From a virus, in the IMG/VR virus record IMGVR_UViG_3300021255_000047, positions 1 to 33,517 of that record: DNA of 33,517 nt; one strand, written 5' to 3'. Below, in pieces: positions 16,575 through 23,578 of this stretch. The notes below the pieces were generated by a model, which saw only the letters and a program-made list of their open reading frames with translations, was not told the DNA's origin and made no database searches. The translations under genes and the position numbers were made by a program. Position 1 is the first letter of the stretch, and each line of letters begins with the position of its first letter.

Positions 16575-16752
16575 GCTCTCTCATCTCCTTTACGATCCGT
16601 ATTTGCTCCATGAATAGGCCGGAGCGTTCGCCTTCAAGTCCGGCACGTTTGCCGGCTATTGAAAGGTCTTGGCACGGAGACCCGCCCGTTATGCAATCAA
16701 CGACCGGGACTTCGGCTCCGTTTATTTTAGTTATATCGCCTAAATGCTGCAT
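16078..16752 (-). CDS. C5 DNA cytosine methyltransferase, part 1: motifs IV-VIII with the catalytic Cys
   Basis: MQHLGDITKINGAEVPVVDCITGGSPCQDLS (IV), WENVPGAF (VI), VPQRRKRIALVADF (VIII). GGAGG lies 8 nt before the ATG at 16752. Confidence 0.85.
   Translation of the reverse strand: MQHLGDITKINGAEVPVVDCITGGSPCQDLSIAGKRAGLEGERSGLFMEQIRIVKEMREHDRRTNHRAAFNIRPRYMVWENVPGAFSSNKGQDFQAVLSEIVKIASPEAPDVPLPDRGGRWDKAGGIFGYSPDGIPFSVCWRVHDAQFWGVPQRRKRIALVADFGGFSASEILFEREGVRGDFKESGAERERAARGATDSPGSAISFQERAGKPGGGQRNTDSE
16102..16110. repeat. Homopolymer C9 (G9 on the coding strand)
   Basis: gcccccccccT on the plus strand. It lies 7 sense codons before the ORF1 stop codon, inside both MTase reading frames. 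Confidence 0.95.
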
Positions 16753-16767
16753 TGGCTCCGCCTCCGT

Positions 16768-17082
16768 TCATGCGTATCCCATGACCTGCCCCAGCTCTAC
16801 CCAGTGCGGGCCGTAGTTTCCGAACTGATAAAAGGTCGTGTGCATGGGGTCTGTCACAATGACGTTTATTATCCGGGCATCTTCAAGTTGCGCTTCGATC
16901 TCTTCAAGCGTTAAAACCGCCAAGTCTCCAAGCTGGCTCTCTTCCTCCCACCACAGCAGCCTGTCGTTCACGCATTGAAGGTTGTCGAAGCTCCCGGTAT
17001 AAACTCCGCTGGCCTGTACTCCGTCAAATCTATAAATCAGGACTTCTTCCGGGTGCTGGACTGCCCATTTTGGACTACTCAT
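16768..17082 (-). CDS. Hypothetical protein (104 aa)
   Basis: ORF in the co-directional string; no recognisable motif. Confidence 0.45.
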   Translation of the reverse strand: MSSPKWAVQHPEEVLIYRFDGVQASGVYTGSFDNLQCVNDRLLWWEEESQLGDLAVLTLEEIEAQLEDARIINVIVTDPMHTTFYQFGNYGPHWVELGQVMGYA

Positions 17083-17293
17083 CCTCCGCGTCCTCCGCGT
17101 CCTCTTCTTCCGTGTCCTTGCCGTAATATATCCGGGTGCTGCTCGGGTAGATGTTGAAGGTGCAATCCCTCGCGCCTCTGATTACCACCTGCGGAGTGAT
17201 CTCGTCCATGAGCGACACAAGCTCGTTTGTCTTTTCGATTGCCTCGTCTGCGTTTACTTCGAGGTCAATTCCTATGGCATCAATCTTTTTCAT
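17075..17293 (-). CDS. Hypothetical acidic protein (72 aa)
   Basis: Internal start MKKIDAIGIDLE at 17293 preceded by GAAGGAGAAAAA. The longer track ORF would run through the tRNA-like element. Confidence 0.5.
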   Translation of the reverse strand: MKKIDAIGIDLEVNADEAIEKTNELVSLMDEITPQVVIRGARDCTFNIYPSSTRIYYGKDTEEEDAEDAEDE

Positions 17294-17314
17294 TTTTTCT
17301 CCTTCTTTTCTGTT

Positions 17315-17412
17315 TATGCGGGCAAGGATTTGCACCTTACACAATGCTCTCCGATAACTCCCAATCCAACAAGCATCATTCCCGTCGCGTCTACCTATTC
17401 CGCCACCGCATA
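17315..17412 (-). ncRNA. tRNA-like element (degenerate class II tRNA-Leu-like)
   Basis: Minus-strand RNA has a 7-bp closing helix TATGCGG/CCGCATA. It has a D-arm T-G-GCG-GAATAGGTAGA-CGC nearly identical to bacterial tRNA-Leu, and a T-arm-like hairpin GTAAGG-TGCAAAT-CCTTGC. The anticodon region is non-canonical and there is no encoded CCA. Confidence 0.35.
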
Positions 17413-17415
17413 CTC

Positions 17416-17598
17416 TTATTCTTCTTTCATGTCTGCTCCGCAGTTCGGACAAGTTTTGAAATATAATATTGCATTTCTTGTCGGCTCTGTCCTCACGATA
17501 TGTCCGCACTCTGAACAGCGATAGCACCACCTCTCAATCATGTGCCTTCTGCTATCATCGTGGACTTTTGTATATCCGTCATCTATCCACTTACCCAT
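17416..17598 (-). CDS. Zinc-ribbon protein (60 aa)
   Basis: CxxC...CxxC pattern (CYRCSECGH ... CPNCGADM). Confidence 0.5.
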   Translation of the reverse strand: MGKWIDDGYTKVHDDSRRHMIERWCYRCSECGHIVRTEPTRNAILYFKTCPNCGADMKEE

Positions 17599-18133
17599 CT
17601 TCTTCTCCTTCCTCTGCTCCTTTCAATGCCGCCTCGGCCTCCTCGCGGGTGAGAAAATACACGAACGAGCCGTTGTGTAATTGCCGAAGTATCCAGTCCA
17701 CGGATGGCGCTTTTATCTCGTGGACGCTCTTTTTTATATCGCAATCATCCTCACACCCAATACAACCATCAGAACCGGGGTACCTTTCTCCGTTGTGGCA
17801 CGGGTCGTACCAGACCTTATACACCGTATCCCCCACCTTGCACGGCAGCACCAGCAGGCGGCCTTCGGCTTCGGCCTTCGCCAGGACCTTCATTCGCTCA
17901 ACTGGGATTCCTTCGATTTCCTTTATCTCCGCAAGACTCTTTCCCATGAGCGCAATCTTGCAGGCTTCCACTTCCTCCGGCTCCAGCTCCGTGTCCTCGT
18001 AGGCTGCGAGTCGATTGTAGATTTCAGCATCCAAACACGGTATTGGTACCTCATGCTTAAAGAATCCACAATCGGCACTGCTGGCACAGTGTTCCGCACA
18101 GTAATCAAATCCGCTTCTTGTCAGTCTCTCCAT
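17591..18133 (-). CDS. Conserved phage hypothetical protein (180 aa, Cys-rich ends)
   Basis: ORF with overlaps on both sides. Motif LAAYEDTELEPEEV...LPCKVGDTVY recalled from other Bacillota phages; function unknown. Confidence 0.55.
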   Translation of the reverse strand: MERLTRSGFDYCAEHCASSADCGFFKHEVPIPCLDAEIYNRLAAYEDTELEPEEVEACKIALMGKSLAEIKEIEGIPVERMKVLAKAEAEGRLLVLPCKVGDTVYKVWYDPCHNGERYPGSDGCIGCEDDCDIKKSVHEIKAPSVDWILRQLHNGSFVYFLTREEAEAALKGAEEGEEDG

Positions 18134-18477
18134 CGCTTCTCTCCATCCTCAGCCTCAATGATCGTAGGCATCTCATCTATCAGCCCAATTATGCAAGACT
18201 TGTCATAGGCGTCACTAAATCCGTTATAGCAACTCGGCAGGCCATCTACAACCTTGCGGAACTCATCTGCGTCTATAATCCTTCCATGCGGCGTGGGTAC
18301 TTCGATAAGCGGGCACCAGTCGGGCCGTTTGTCGCTCTGCCAGTAATCTATTTCGCTATCTGGGACGTACCGCCAGACAAGTTCGCATCCTGTCAATTTG
18401 TCGATTTTATTCCAATGCGCACATGGACACATCGGGCAATCCTTCGGCATCTTCATGCCCTTAATTAGTATGCTCAT
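18121..18477 (-). CDS. Hypothetical Cys-rich protein (118 aa)
   Basis: Start MSILIKGMKMPKDCPMCP at 18477, directly after the upstream stop. Confidence 0.55.
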   Translation of the reverse strand: MSILIKGMKMPKDCPMCPCAHWNKIDKLTGCELVWRYVPDSEIDYWQSDKRPDWCPLIEVPTPHGRIIDADEFRKVVDGLPSCYNGFSDAYDKSCIIGLIDEMPTIIEAEDGEKRWRD

Positions 18478-18478
18478 C

Positions 18479-18880
18479 TTACAGACTCCCATCCTCCGGA
18501 TCGCCCGGATCCTGCCCATACATGAATTCTTCCATGCTGTGTTCTCCTTCCTCCTTGTACGGCTCGGGGAGCGGCATCCAGGCGACTACCTCATAATTCG
18601 AATTGAAATATGCAAAAGGCTGTCCCCATTCCTTTATCCCCTCGAGTTTATGTCCACCGAAAGACACCGTCCCATACGATGCAATATCAATATACATATG
18701 ACTTGTGTCGCCCTCGCCCTCTTTGTAGCGATAGGAAATCAACACGTCGACACCTTCTTCTGGCAAGCGCTCTTTGCATGGGATCCATTCACTTCGCCCT
18801 GGCTCCATCGGGCTGTTCATCATCACGAACTCGTCTCCGAGCTCTCTTTGCGGTCCTCCGCATCCCGCGTTTATTTTCAT
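18479..18880 (-). CDS. DUF551-like protein
   Basis: WIPCKERLPEEG...VVAWMPLPEPY is the DUF551 pattern as I recall it. Good SD (AAAGGAGAAAAGAG-ATG). Confidence 0.6.
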   Translation of the reverse strand: MKINAGCGGPQRELGDEFVMMNSPMEPGRSEWIPCKERLPEEGVDVLISYRYKEGEGDTSHMYIDIASYGTVSFGGHKLEGIKEWGQPFAYFNSNYEVVAWMPLPEPYKEEGEHSMEEFMYGQDPGDPEDGSL

Positions 18881-18893
18881 CTCTTTTCTCCTT

Positions 18894-19082
18894 TCATCGA
18901 TATATCTTTTTCAGATCCTTCGTCCTGTATTCGCCCTCGATCTTTAGGCGCGGCCTGCAATCGATCGCTGTCCAGACCGTGCTGACGCTTACCCTGTGCG
19001 CCGTCGCGATCTCCTTGAGCGTGAAGCCCTGGCACCACTCTTTATACATTCTGTCCTTTTCAAGTTGTGTAAGTCCCAGCAT
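18894..19082 (-). CDS. Small HTH DNA-binding protein (sigma-70 region 4 / LuxR-like)
   Basis: GFTLKEIATAHRVSVSTVWTAI helix-turn-helix. Strong SD AAAAAGGAGG. First gene after the iteron region. Confidence 0.55.
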   Translation of the reverse strand: MLGLTQLEKDRMYKEWCQGFTLKEIATAHRVSVSTVWTAIDCRPRLKIEGEYRTKDLKKIYR

Positions 19083-19097
19083 GTATACCTCCTTTTT

Positions 19098-19300
19098 CCC
19101 GGTCAGTCTTTGGCGGGAACTCTTGCGGGAATGTCAAACCTATTGATTTTTTAACCTTGTTCCCGGTTTCCCGTTTGTTCTCGGTGTTTTTTGTCTCTCA
19201 CACGCGGTAAAAATATATACAAGGTGTTGTGCGTTTTATATATATACTCTCTATATATAGGTTGTTGTTTTTACCGGGTACGACCGGGAACATGGGAACA
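19098..19300. promoter_or_regulatory. Iteron cluster flanking an AT-rich core: putative replication origin and/or regulator-binding region
   Basis: Eight copies of CGGGAAC-like heptamers. Plus-sense copies at 19114, 19126, 19275, 19285 and 19293. Inverted copies at 19159, 19167 and 19177. They flank the TATATATA-rich core at 19205-19262, immediately downstream of the helicase gene. Confidence 0.45.
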
Positions 19301-19323
19301 AAGTTATATATAGATATATCTTT

Positions 19324-21180
19324 TTAGAAGGGAATATCATCCGCGGCGAAGAATTCCTGCTGTATTGGTACATCTTCCGGGGGTTGCCTCCTGATACATA
19401 CTGTATTAAGCACCGAGTTCCCGATCCTGGCCTTTTTTGTCCGGCGGTCCTTATCGCTGACCAGAATGTCGCGTCTCTTTGCCCAAGCCAGAAACGCCGT
19501 CCCATTAAACCCTGCCTGCTGCAGCTCGCGGTCGAATACCGACTTTATAATATATGCGTACTCTTCGTCTATCTTGCCCCAGACTTCGGCTTTGTACTCG
19601 CCGTATAGATCCGGGACGAAGTGCACGGTGTTCCTTACGAGCAATTCGTATATGTACTCCAGCGCCCGGACGTTCTGGTTGACGTCCTCTTTCTTCGTCA
19701 TGATCGCGGCCATGTCTTTTATAGTGAGCGCGTTCCCGTCTTTGAATAAAAGCTCCGTGGCGAGCGCGTCTGCTGCCAGTATCGCCGATGCGCTTGCGGC
19801 CTGTTTCTCGGTGCTGTCCTCTTTGAGCAGTTCCCTGTAAAAGGCTTTCTGTAAATCGTTTACCTTTTCAAACATTCCCGGCTGCTGGAGGTAAGCTATA
19901 AACTCCCGCCCTGCGTGGCCGTAGTTTTCTTTTACTTCCGCGGAAAGCCAGACCAGATCGCTGTATACTTTCTCCGCGCATTCAAATTCGATGATCCTGT
20001 TTACGGCTCCGCCTCCGCTGTTCGCATTGCTGATCGGGTGCTCGCCGTTTGTTATGATGCAATTCTTCCAGGTGGTCTGCCTCTGTAAACCTCCGAGCTT
20101 TGCTCCTCGGGTCCTTCCGACTCCTTCTGTGAGCTGGTAGATCATTCGGTCAAAGTCTTTGACGCCCTGGCTCGACTGTATCTGCAGTTCGTCGATGCAC
20201 ATCGGGAGGCTGTTCAAAAATGATGCCGTCATTTCCTGCCCGACTGTCGTGCTGTTAAAGGTGCTGATATAGTCTCCCAGCTTCGGGCTTGCCCATACGC
20301 TGGCCGCAACCATCAGGCCGACGGTCTTTCCTGTCTCCGTTCCGCCCCATGCGTGAAGGAAAAAGGGCAAAAGGCCGCAAGGCTCAAGTATTACGCTTGC
20401 GAAGGAAGCGGCCAGAAAGAGCCGCCCGGGTGATTTCTCCGCCCGGAGCTTTTTCATCGCCTGGATCCACTTGTCGCGGCTGCCGGCCGGCTTAACCGAG
20501 TTGAAGATGTGCCGAAAGTTCGTTTCTCCGTCAAAGATCAGGTCCTCGACGTATGGCGAGAAACCGTGCGCTACAACCCAGCCGAGCCTTCCGACCGACT
20601 TTTGCTCCGGTATCAGCTCGTAATTCAGCTGTTCTATATCCATCAGGTATGTCGAGAGCTGTTTGGCGTTCTCGCTGTTTACCATTATCCCGAACGCGGC
20701 CAGCTGCAGGATCTGCGAGCTCGAAGCGAGCGTGCTCTTTTCCGCGATGATGCTCCGCCAGGTCTTTCCCTTCCTGTATGCAATCTCCAGCCGTTCTTCT
20801 CCGCTGTCTATATTTATCAATCTGCGGACCGGCATGATCGCGTGTCGGCAGATCATGTTTTCGTATCCGAAGCGATCCACTGTCAGGACGCCGTATTCGT
20901 CGCAGATGTACTCCCCAGAGAAAAGCTCCATCGGCTGATCGGTAAAGTTCGTCGCGTTGTCCATTATCACGCCGCGGGCCTTCTGCTGCATCTCCAGGTA
21001 GCTGTTCCAGAGCGTCATGAAGGTGCGAACTCCGACCGATCCGGCCTGCGCCTTCATCCTCTGGCAGAGCTGCTGGAGCTTGAATTTGTCGTCCTTGTAT
21101 TGATACAAGTAGTCGTAAGGCTTGCTTGTATTCAGATATTCTTCCGCCGTGTATTCCGGCAGGTTTATAATCTCATTCAT
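19324..21180 (-). CDS. DUF927 / SF3-type replicative helicase (primase-associated)
   Basis: Start MNEIINLPEY at 21180 (GGAG upstream). Walker A AWGGTETGKT and a Walker B-like MCIDEL. The C-terminus ends AADDIPF. Confidence 0.75.
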   Translation of the reverse strand: MNEIINLPEYTAEEYLNTSKPYDYLYQYKDDKFKLQQLCQRMKAQAGSVGVRTFMTLWNSYLEMQQKARGVIMDNATNFTDQPMELFSGEYICDEYGVLTVDRFGYENMICRHAIMPVRRLINIDSGEERLEIAYRKGKTWRSIIAEKSTLASSSQILQLAAFGIMVNSENAKQLSTYLMDIEQLNYELIPEQKSVGRLGWVVAHGFSPYVEDLIFDGETNFRHIFNSVKPAGSRDKWIQAMKKLRAEKSPGRLFLAASFASVILEPCGLLPFFLHAWGGTETGKTVGLMVAASVWASPKLGDYISTFNSTTVGQEMTASFLNSLPMCIDELQIQSSQGVKDFDRMIYQLTEGVGRTRGAKLGGLQRQTTWKNCIITNGEHPISNANSGGGAVNRIIEFECAEKVYSDLVWLSAEVKENYGHAGREFIAYLQQPGMFEKVNDLQKAFYRELLKEDSTEKQAASASAILAADALATELLFKDGNALTIKDMAAIMTKKEDVNQNVRALEYIYELLVRNTVHFVPDLYGEYKAEVWGKIDEEYAYIIKSVFDRELQQAGFNGTAFLAWAKRRDILVSDKDRRTKKARIGNSVLNTVCIRRQPPEDVPIQQEFFAADDIPF

Positions 21181-21196
21181 ATTTGCTCCGTTTCGC

Positions 21197-21241
21197 AAAA
21201 GGCCCCGGCTTGCCGTGGTGGTGGCTTCGCCGGGGGCCTTT
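21197..21241 (-). other. GC-rich hairpin in the helicase 5' leader (possible attenuator/terminator)
   Basis: GGCCCCGGC ... GCCGGGGGCC forms a 9-bp stem with one bulge. On the minus strand it is followed by TTTTG, about 16 nt before the helicase ATG. Confidence 0.3.
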
Positions 21242-21323
21242 GCAGGGCTTCCGATATTTTCCGGCCTGATCGCCACCACATCGGTCAAGCCCTAATATAA
21301 TTATATCTATTTTCATATAATTT

Positions 21324-21884
21324 TCAATGGTTTTTCGAAAGAATATAATATTTTTCTTCGGCTTTTTCGAGCTCGTATTCCAGCAGCGGCTCCTTCGCCA
21401 CGGCCTCCGCATACTCCGCGCTGAAAGGCTCTAATTCCGATTTTGGCGCGTTTTTTTCTATGGCCGACTGATTTATCAGCCATGCATCGTATGCGCTCCA
21501 AAACGCGGCCTCAGCGCCTTCCAGGGCACTCTGCGCGGCCTCTCTCTGTTTGCGGAGCATAAATGCCCGCTGTGCTGCTCCCAGCTCCTTTCTCCGCGGC
21601 TGTCTTTCGCCTATCGGAAGGCCGAGCGAAAACGCCCGGTTGAGCTTTTCGCAGGCTTCCGGAAATGTGCAGCCGTCCATCTCCCGCACAAAGCTGATCA
21701 CGTCCCCGGATCTCCCGCAACCGAAGCAGTGATAGCCTCGGTCACCTTCGTAGATTTTGAAGCTTGCTGTCTTTTCTTTGTGAAAAGGGCAGCGGGCGAA
21801 GCCTGCCCTGTCTGCCCTGATTCCGTACAGCTCAGCGACCGCCTTCATGTCCACGGTCTGTTTGATCTCTTCCGCGTAGTTCAT
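21324..21884 (-). CDS. CHC2 (DnaG-type) zinc-finger protein with no recognisable TOPRIM/primase core
   Basis: CPFHKEKTASFKIY...YHCFGCGRSGDVISFV is the DnaG zinc-binding-domain signature. The remaining ~100 aa are helical. Confidence 0.75.
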   Translation of the reverse strand: MNYAEEIKQTVDMKAVAELYGIRADRAGFARCPFHKEKTASFKIYEGDRGYHCFGCGRSGDVISFVREMDGCTFPEACEKLNRAFSLGLPIGERQPRRKELGAAQRAFMLRKQREAAQSALEGAEAAFWSAYDAWLINQSAIEKNAPKSELEPFSAEYAEAVAKEPLLEYELEKAEEKYYILSKNH

Positions 21885-21994
21885 CGACGCGCACTCCTCT
21901 TTTTTCGAGCGCTCTTATATAGTCCTTGCGGGGGTAGCACCAGCGATCTGTGCAGCTCCCTCTTTTCCCGCACTTTTCGCAGGGATCCTGAACG

Positions 21995-22102
21995 CTAATC
22001 CTCGTCATGTCTTTTCAATACCCAGAGCCCGCAGGCTGCAAAAGCGGCGGCAAGGCCGAGCAGGATCAATACTCCTTGCCATGTTATATAATTAACGTCC
22101 AT
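21995..22102 (-). CDS. Possible 35-aa single-TM peptide
   Basis: Manual ORF MDVNYITWQGVLILLGLAAAFAACGLWVLKRHDED, preceded by GAGGAAGAGG. Below the track size cutoff. Confidence 0.3.
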   Translation of the reverse strand: MDVNYITWQGVLILLGLAAAFAACGLWVLKRHDED

Positions 22103-22250
22103 CCTCTTCCTCCTCTTTGTGCTCGGTGATGATCGTTCCCGGCAGGTCCTCGTCGGCTGCCATCCTGAAACATGTTGTGTTCTCGATTTCTATCAGCTCC
22201 GCTTCCGGGAAGATATAACGGTCTGTCGCTGTCTGAACTATAACCTTCAT
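22092..22250 (-). CDS. Possible 52-aa acidic protein
   Basis: Manual ORF MKVIVQTATDRYIFPEAELIEIENTTCFRMAADEDLPGTIITEHKEEEEDGR. Its stop overlaps the next small ORF. Confidence 0.3.
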   Translation of the reverse strand: MKVIVQTATDRYIFPEAELIEIENTTCFRMAADEDLPGTIITEHKEEEEDGR

Positions 22251-22331
22251 CTTATGCAATCCTCATCTTTCTAACTCTTAGATGATCTCTTTATTCTGCC
22301 GGGATTGACCGCCCGGCTCGGTATGGTTTCT

Positions 22332-22601
22332 TTATCTTTCGACGATTTCAAGTAAGTCCAGTTCCCTTATGCGGGAAGGGTTGATGCTCTTCTGCCGAAA
22401 AAGCCAAGCAGGGATTAACACCTCTGCGTTCCCTACTTCGTTGGCTTCCCCAACTATGATTTGGGATTTCGGGAACCAAGCAATCGTATCGTTAGCCTTG
22501 GTGTATCCGCCGTCAACGGTGAGTGCGATGGCCTTTTCTGTCGTTGCTGGAAGATAGTGCTCCATCGGTAATGTAATCCAGCCTCTATAATACTTTTTCA
22601 T
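22332..22601 (-). CDS. Hypothetical protein (89 aa)
   Basis: First ORF downstream of the consensus promoter at 22647-22675, with AGGAGG upstream. Confidence 0.55.
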   Translation of the reverse strand: MKKYYRGWITLPMEHYLPATTEKAIALTVDGGYTKANDTIAWFPKSQIIVGEANEVGNAEVLIPAWLFRQKSINPSRIRELDLLEIVER

Positions 22602-22646
22602 TTTCTTACCTCCTGTGTTCGGTTGGTTTCTGTTCTTTATGGTTTT

Positions 22647-22675
22647 ATTATAGGCTATCTAATCCTATATGTCAA
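22647..22675 (-). promoter_or_regulatory. Consensus sigma70 promoter
   Basis: Minus strand reads TTGACA-N17-TATAAT, preceded by an AT-rich upstream tract (to about 22705) that resembles the one at 26068-26095. Confidence 0.65.
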
Positions 22676-22701
22676 TATATTTTCATATATTTTTATATAT
22701 T

Positions 22702-23169
22702 TTATTCCGCCCCGAGTAGCTCGAGGATCCTTCGCGGCGTGCTCCTCTTGTCGCAGAATAGGAACTCGACGCCGTAGCTGATATGCGTCTGATATATCCG
22801 CTCCATCAAATACCGGCCGGAAACCGGCGAGTGTTTTGACTGCCAGGAGGCGACGTCTGGTATGGTCTTTACCTTTCCGCCGCATTCGCAAAGCACGATC
22901 AGCTTCAAGCGCTGCTCCCTTGCCCTGCGGACCTCTTTCATGAAGCGTGCGTGGTCCTTTGGGTTTGTGAGATTTTGCCGCAGCTCGTCCAGATCCTGCT
23001 TGCGGTCAATGGTAATATTCCCGCCTTCCATCATATAATCTCCCACATCAAGCTTCCGGACCGTCCAATCGCAATGAGCGGAGAAGTAAGCCGCCATGCG
23101 TCCTCCGTCTCCGCTCTGTGTCCACTTTTCCCTGCTGTCAACGATCAGTTTAGAATGGGATGTCGTCAT
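22702..23169 (-). CDS. ERCC4-type (XPF/Mus81-like) nuclease
   Basis: IVDSRE ... VGDYMM ... IDRKQDLDEL matches the ERCC4 GDxn-ERKxxxD signature. Confidence 0.65.
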   Translation of the reverse strand: MTTSHSKLIVDSREKWTQSGDGGRMAAYFSAHCDWTVRKLDVGDYMMEGGNITIDRKQDLDELRQNLTNPKDHARFMKEVRRAREQRLKLIVLCECGGKVKTIPDVASWQSKHSPVSGRYLMERIYQTHISYGVEFLFCDKRSTPRRILELLGAE

Positions 23170-23566
23170 CGGTCATCCTCGCGAATCCGTCAACCGGTGC
23201 CGGGTCTGCCGCGGGCTTCGGTGCCTGCTGGCCGGTGCTGTCTTTCTGCGCTGCTCCGACAAAGCTGATCTGCCTTACCTGGCAATATACCGCCTTGCGC
23301 TTCGATCCGTCCTGTGCTTCATAATTGCTGGTCTGGAGCTCGCCTTCGACGCCGATCCAGCTGCCTTTTTTAAACCACTTTGTGACGAATTCCGCGGCCC
23401 CTCTCCAGGCGCGGCAGTCGATGAAGTCCGTCTCTCTTTCCTTGCCTTCGCCTGAATAGCTGCGCTCAACGGCGACGGTGAAATTCGCGTATGAGACGCC
23501 GCTCTGGGTCTGTCTCCCTTCCGGGTCCTTTGCCAGTCTGCCGACGAGCACGAGATTGTTTATCAT
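23150..23566 (-). CDS. ssb: Single-stranded DNA-binding protein
   Basis: MINNLVLVGRLAKDPE...OB-fold N-terminus, Pro/Ala/Gln-rich linker and canonical acidic tip DDDIPF. Confidence 0.9.
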   Translation of the reverse strand: MINNLVLVGRLAKDPEGRQTQSGVSYANFTVAVERSYSGEGKERETDFIDCRAWRGAAEFVTKWFKKGSWIGVEGELQTSNYEAQDGSKRKAVYCQVRQISFVGAAQKDSTGQQAPKPAADPAPVDGFARMTDDDIPF

Positions 23567-23578
23567 TTGAAACTCCTT

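Noticed and set aside
17315-17345. GGTGCAAATCC...CCCGC, together with a GGGAA further upstream, resembles the core of a cobalamin riboswitch.
   Set aside because: The GGGAA-to-GGTG spacing is about 45 nt rather than a few nt. There is no ACTGT/B12-box-like continuation. The whole gap is only ~120 nt, and the downstream gene is a tiny acidic phage protein. The tRNA-like reading fits better.
21995-22008. A third small ORF starting at 22008 (MTRISVQDPCEKCGKRGSCTDRWCYPRKDY..., 58 aa) that overlaps the CHC2 gene start by about 50 nt.
   Set aside because: It has no SD, it overlaps two neighbouring ORFs, and its last third is out of frame within a well-supported gene. It is possibly real but not supportable from sequence alone.
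22298-22317. Hairpin GCCGGG-N8-CCCGGC downstream of gene 22332..22601, considered as a terminator.
   Set aside because: No U-tract follows it on the coding (minus) strand, and small co-directional ORFs continue immediately afterwards. There is not enough support.
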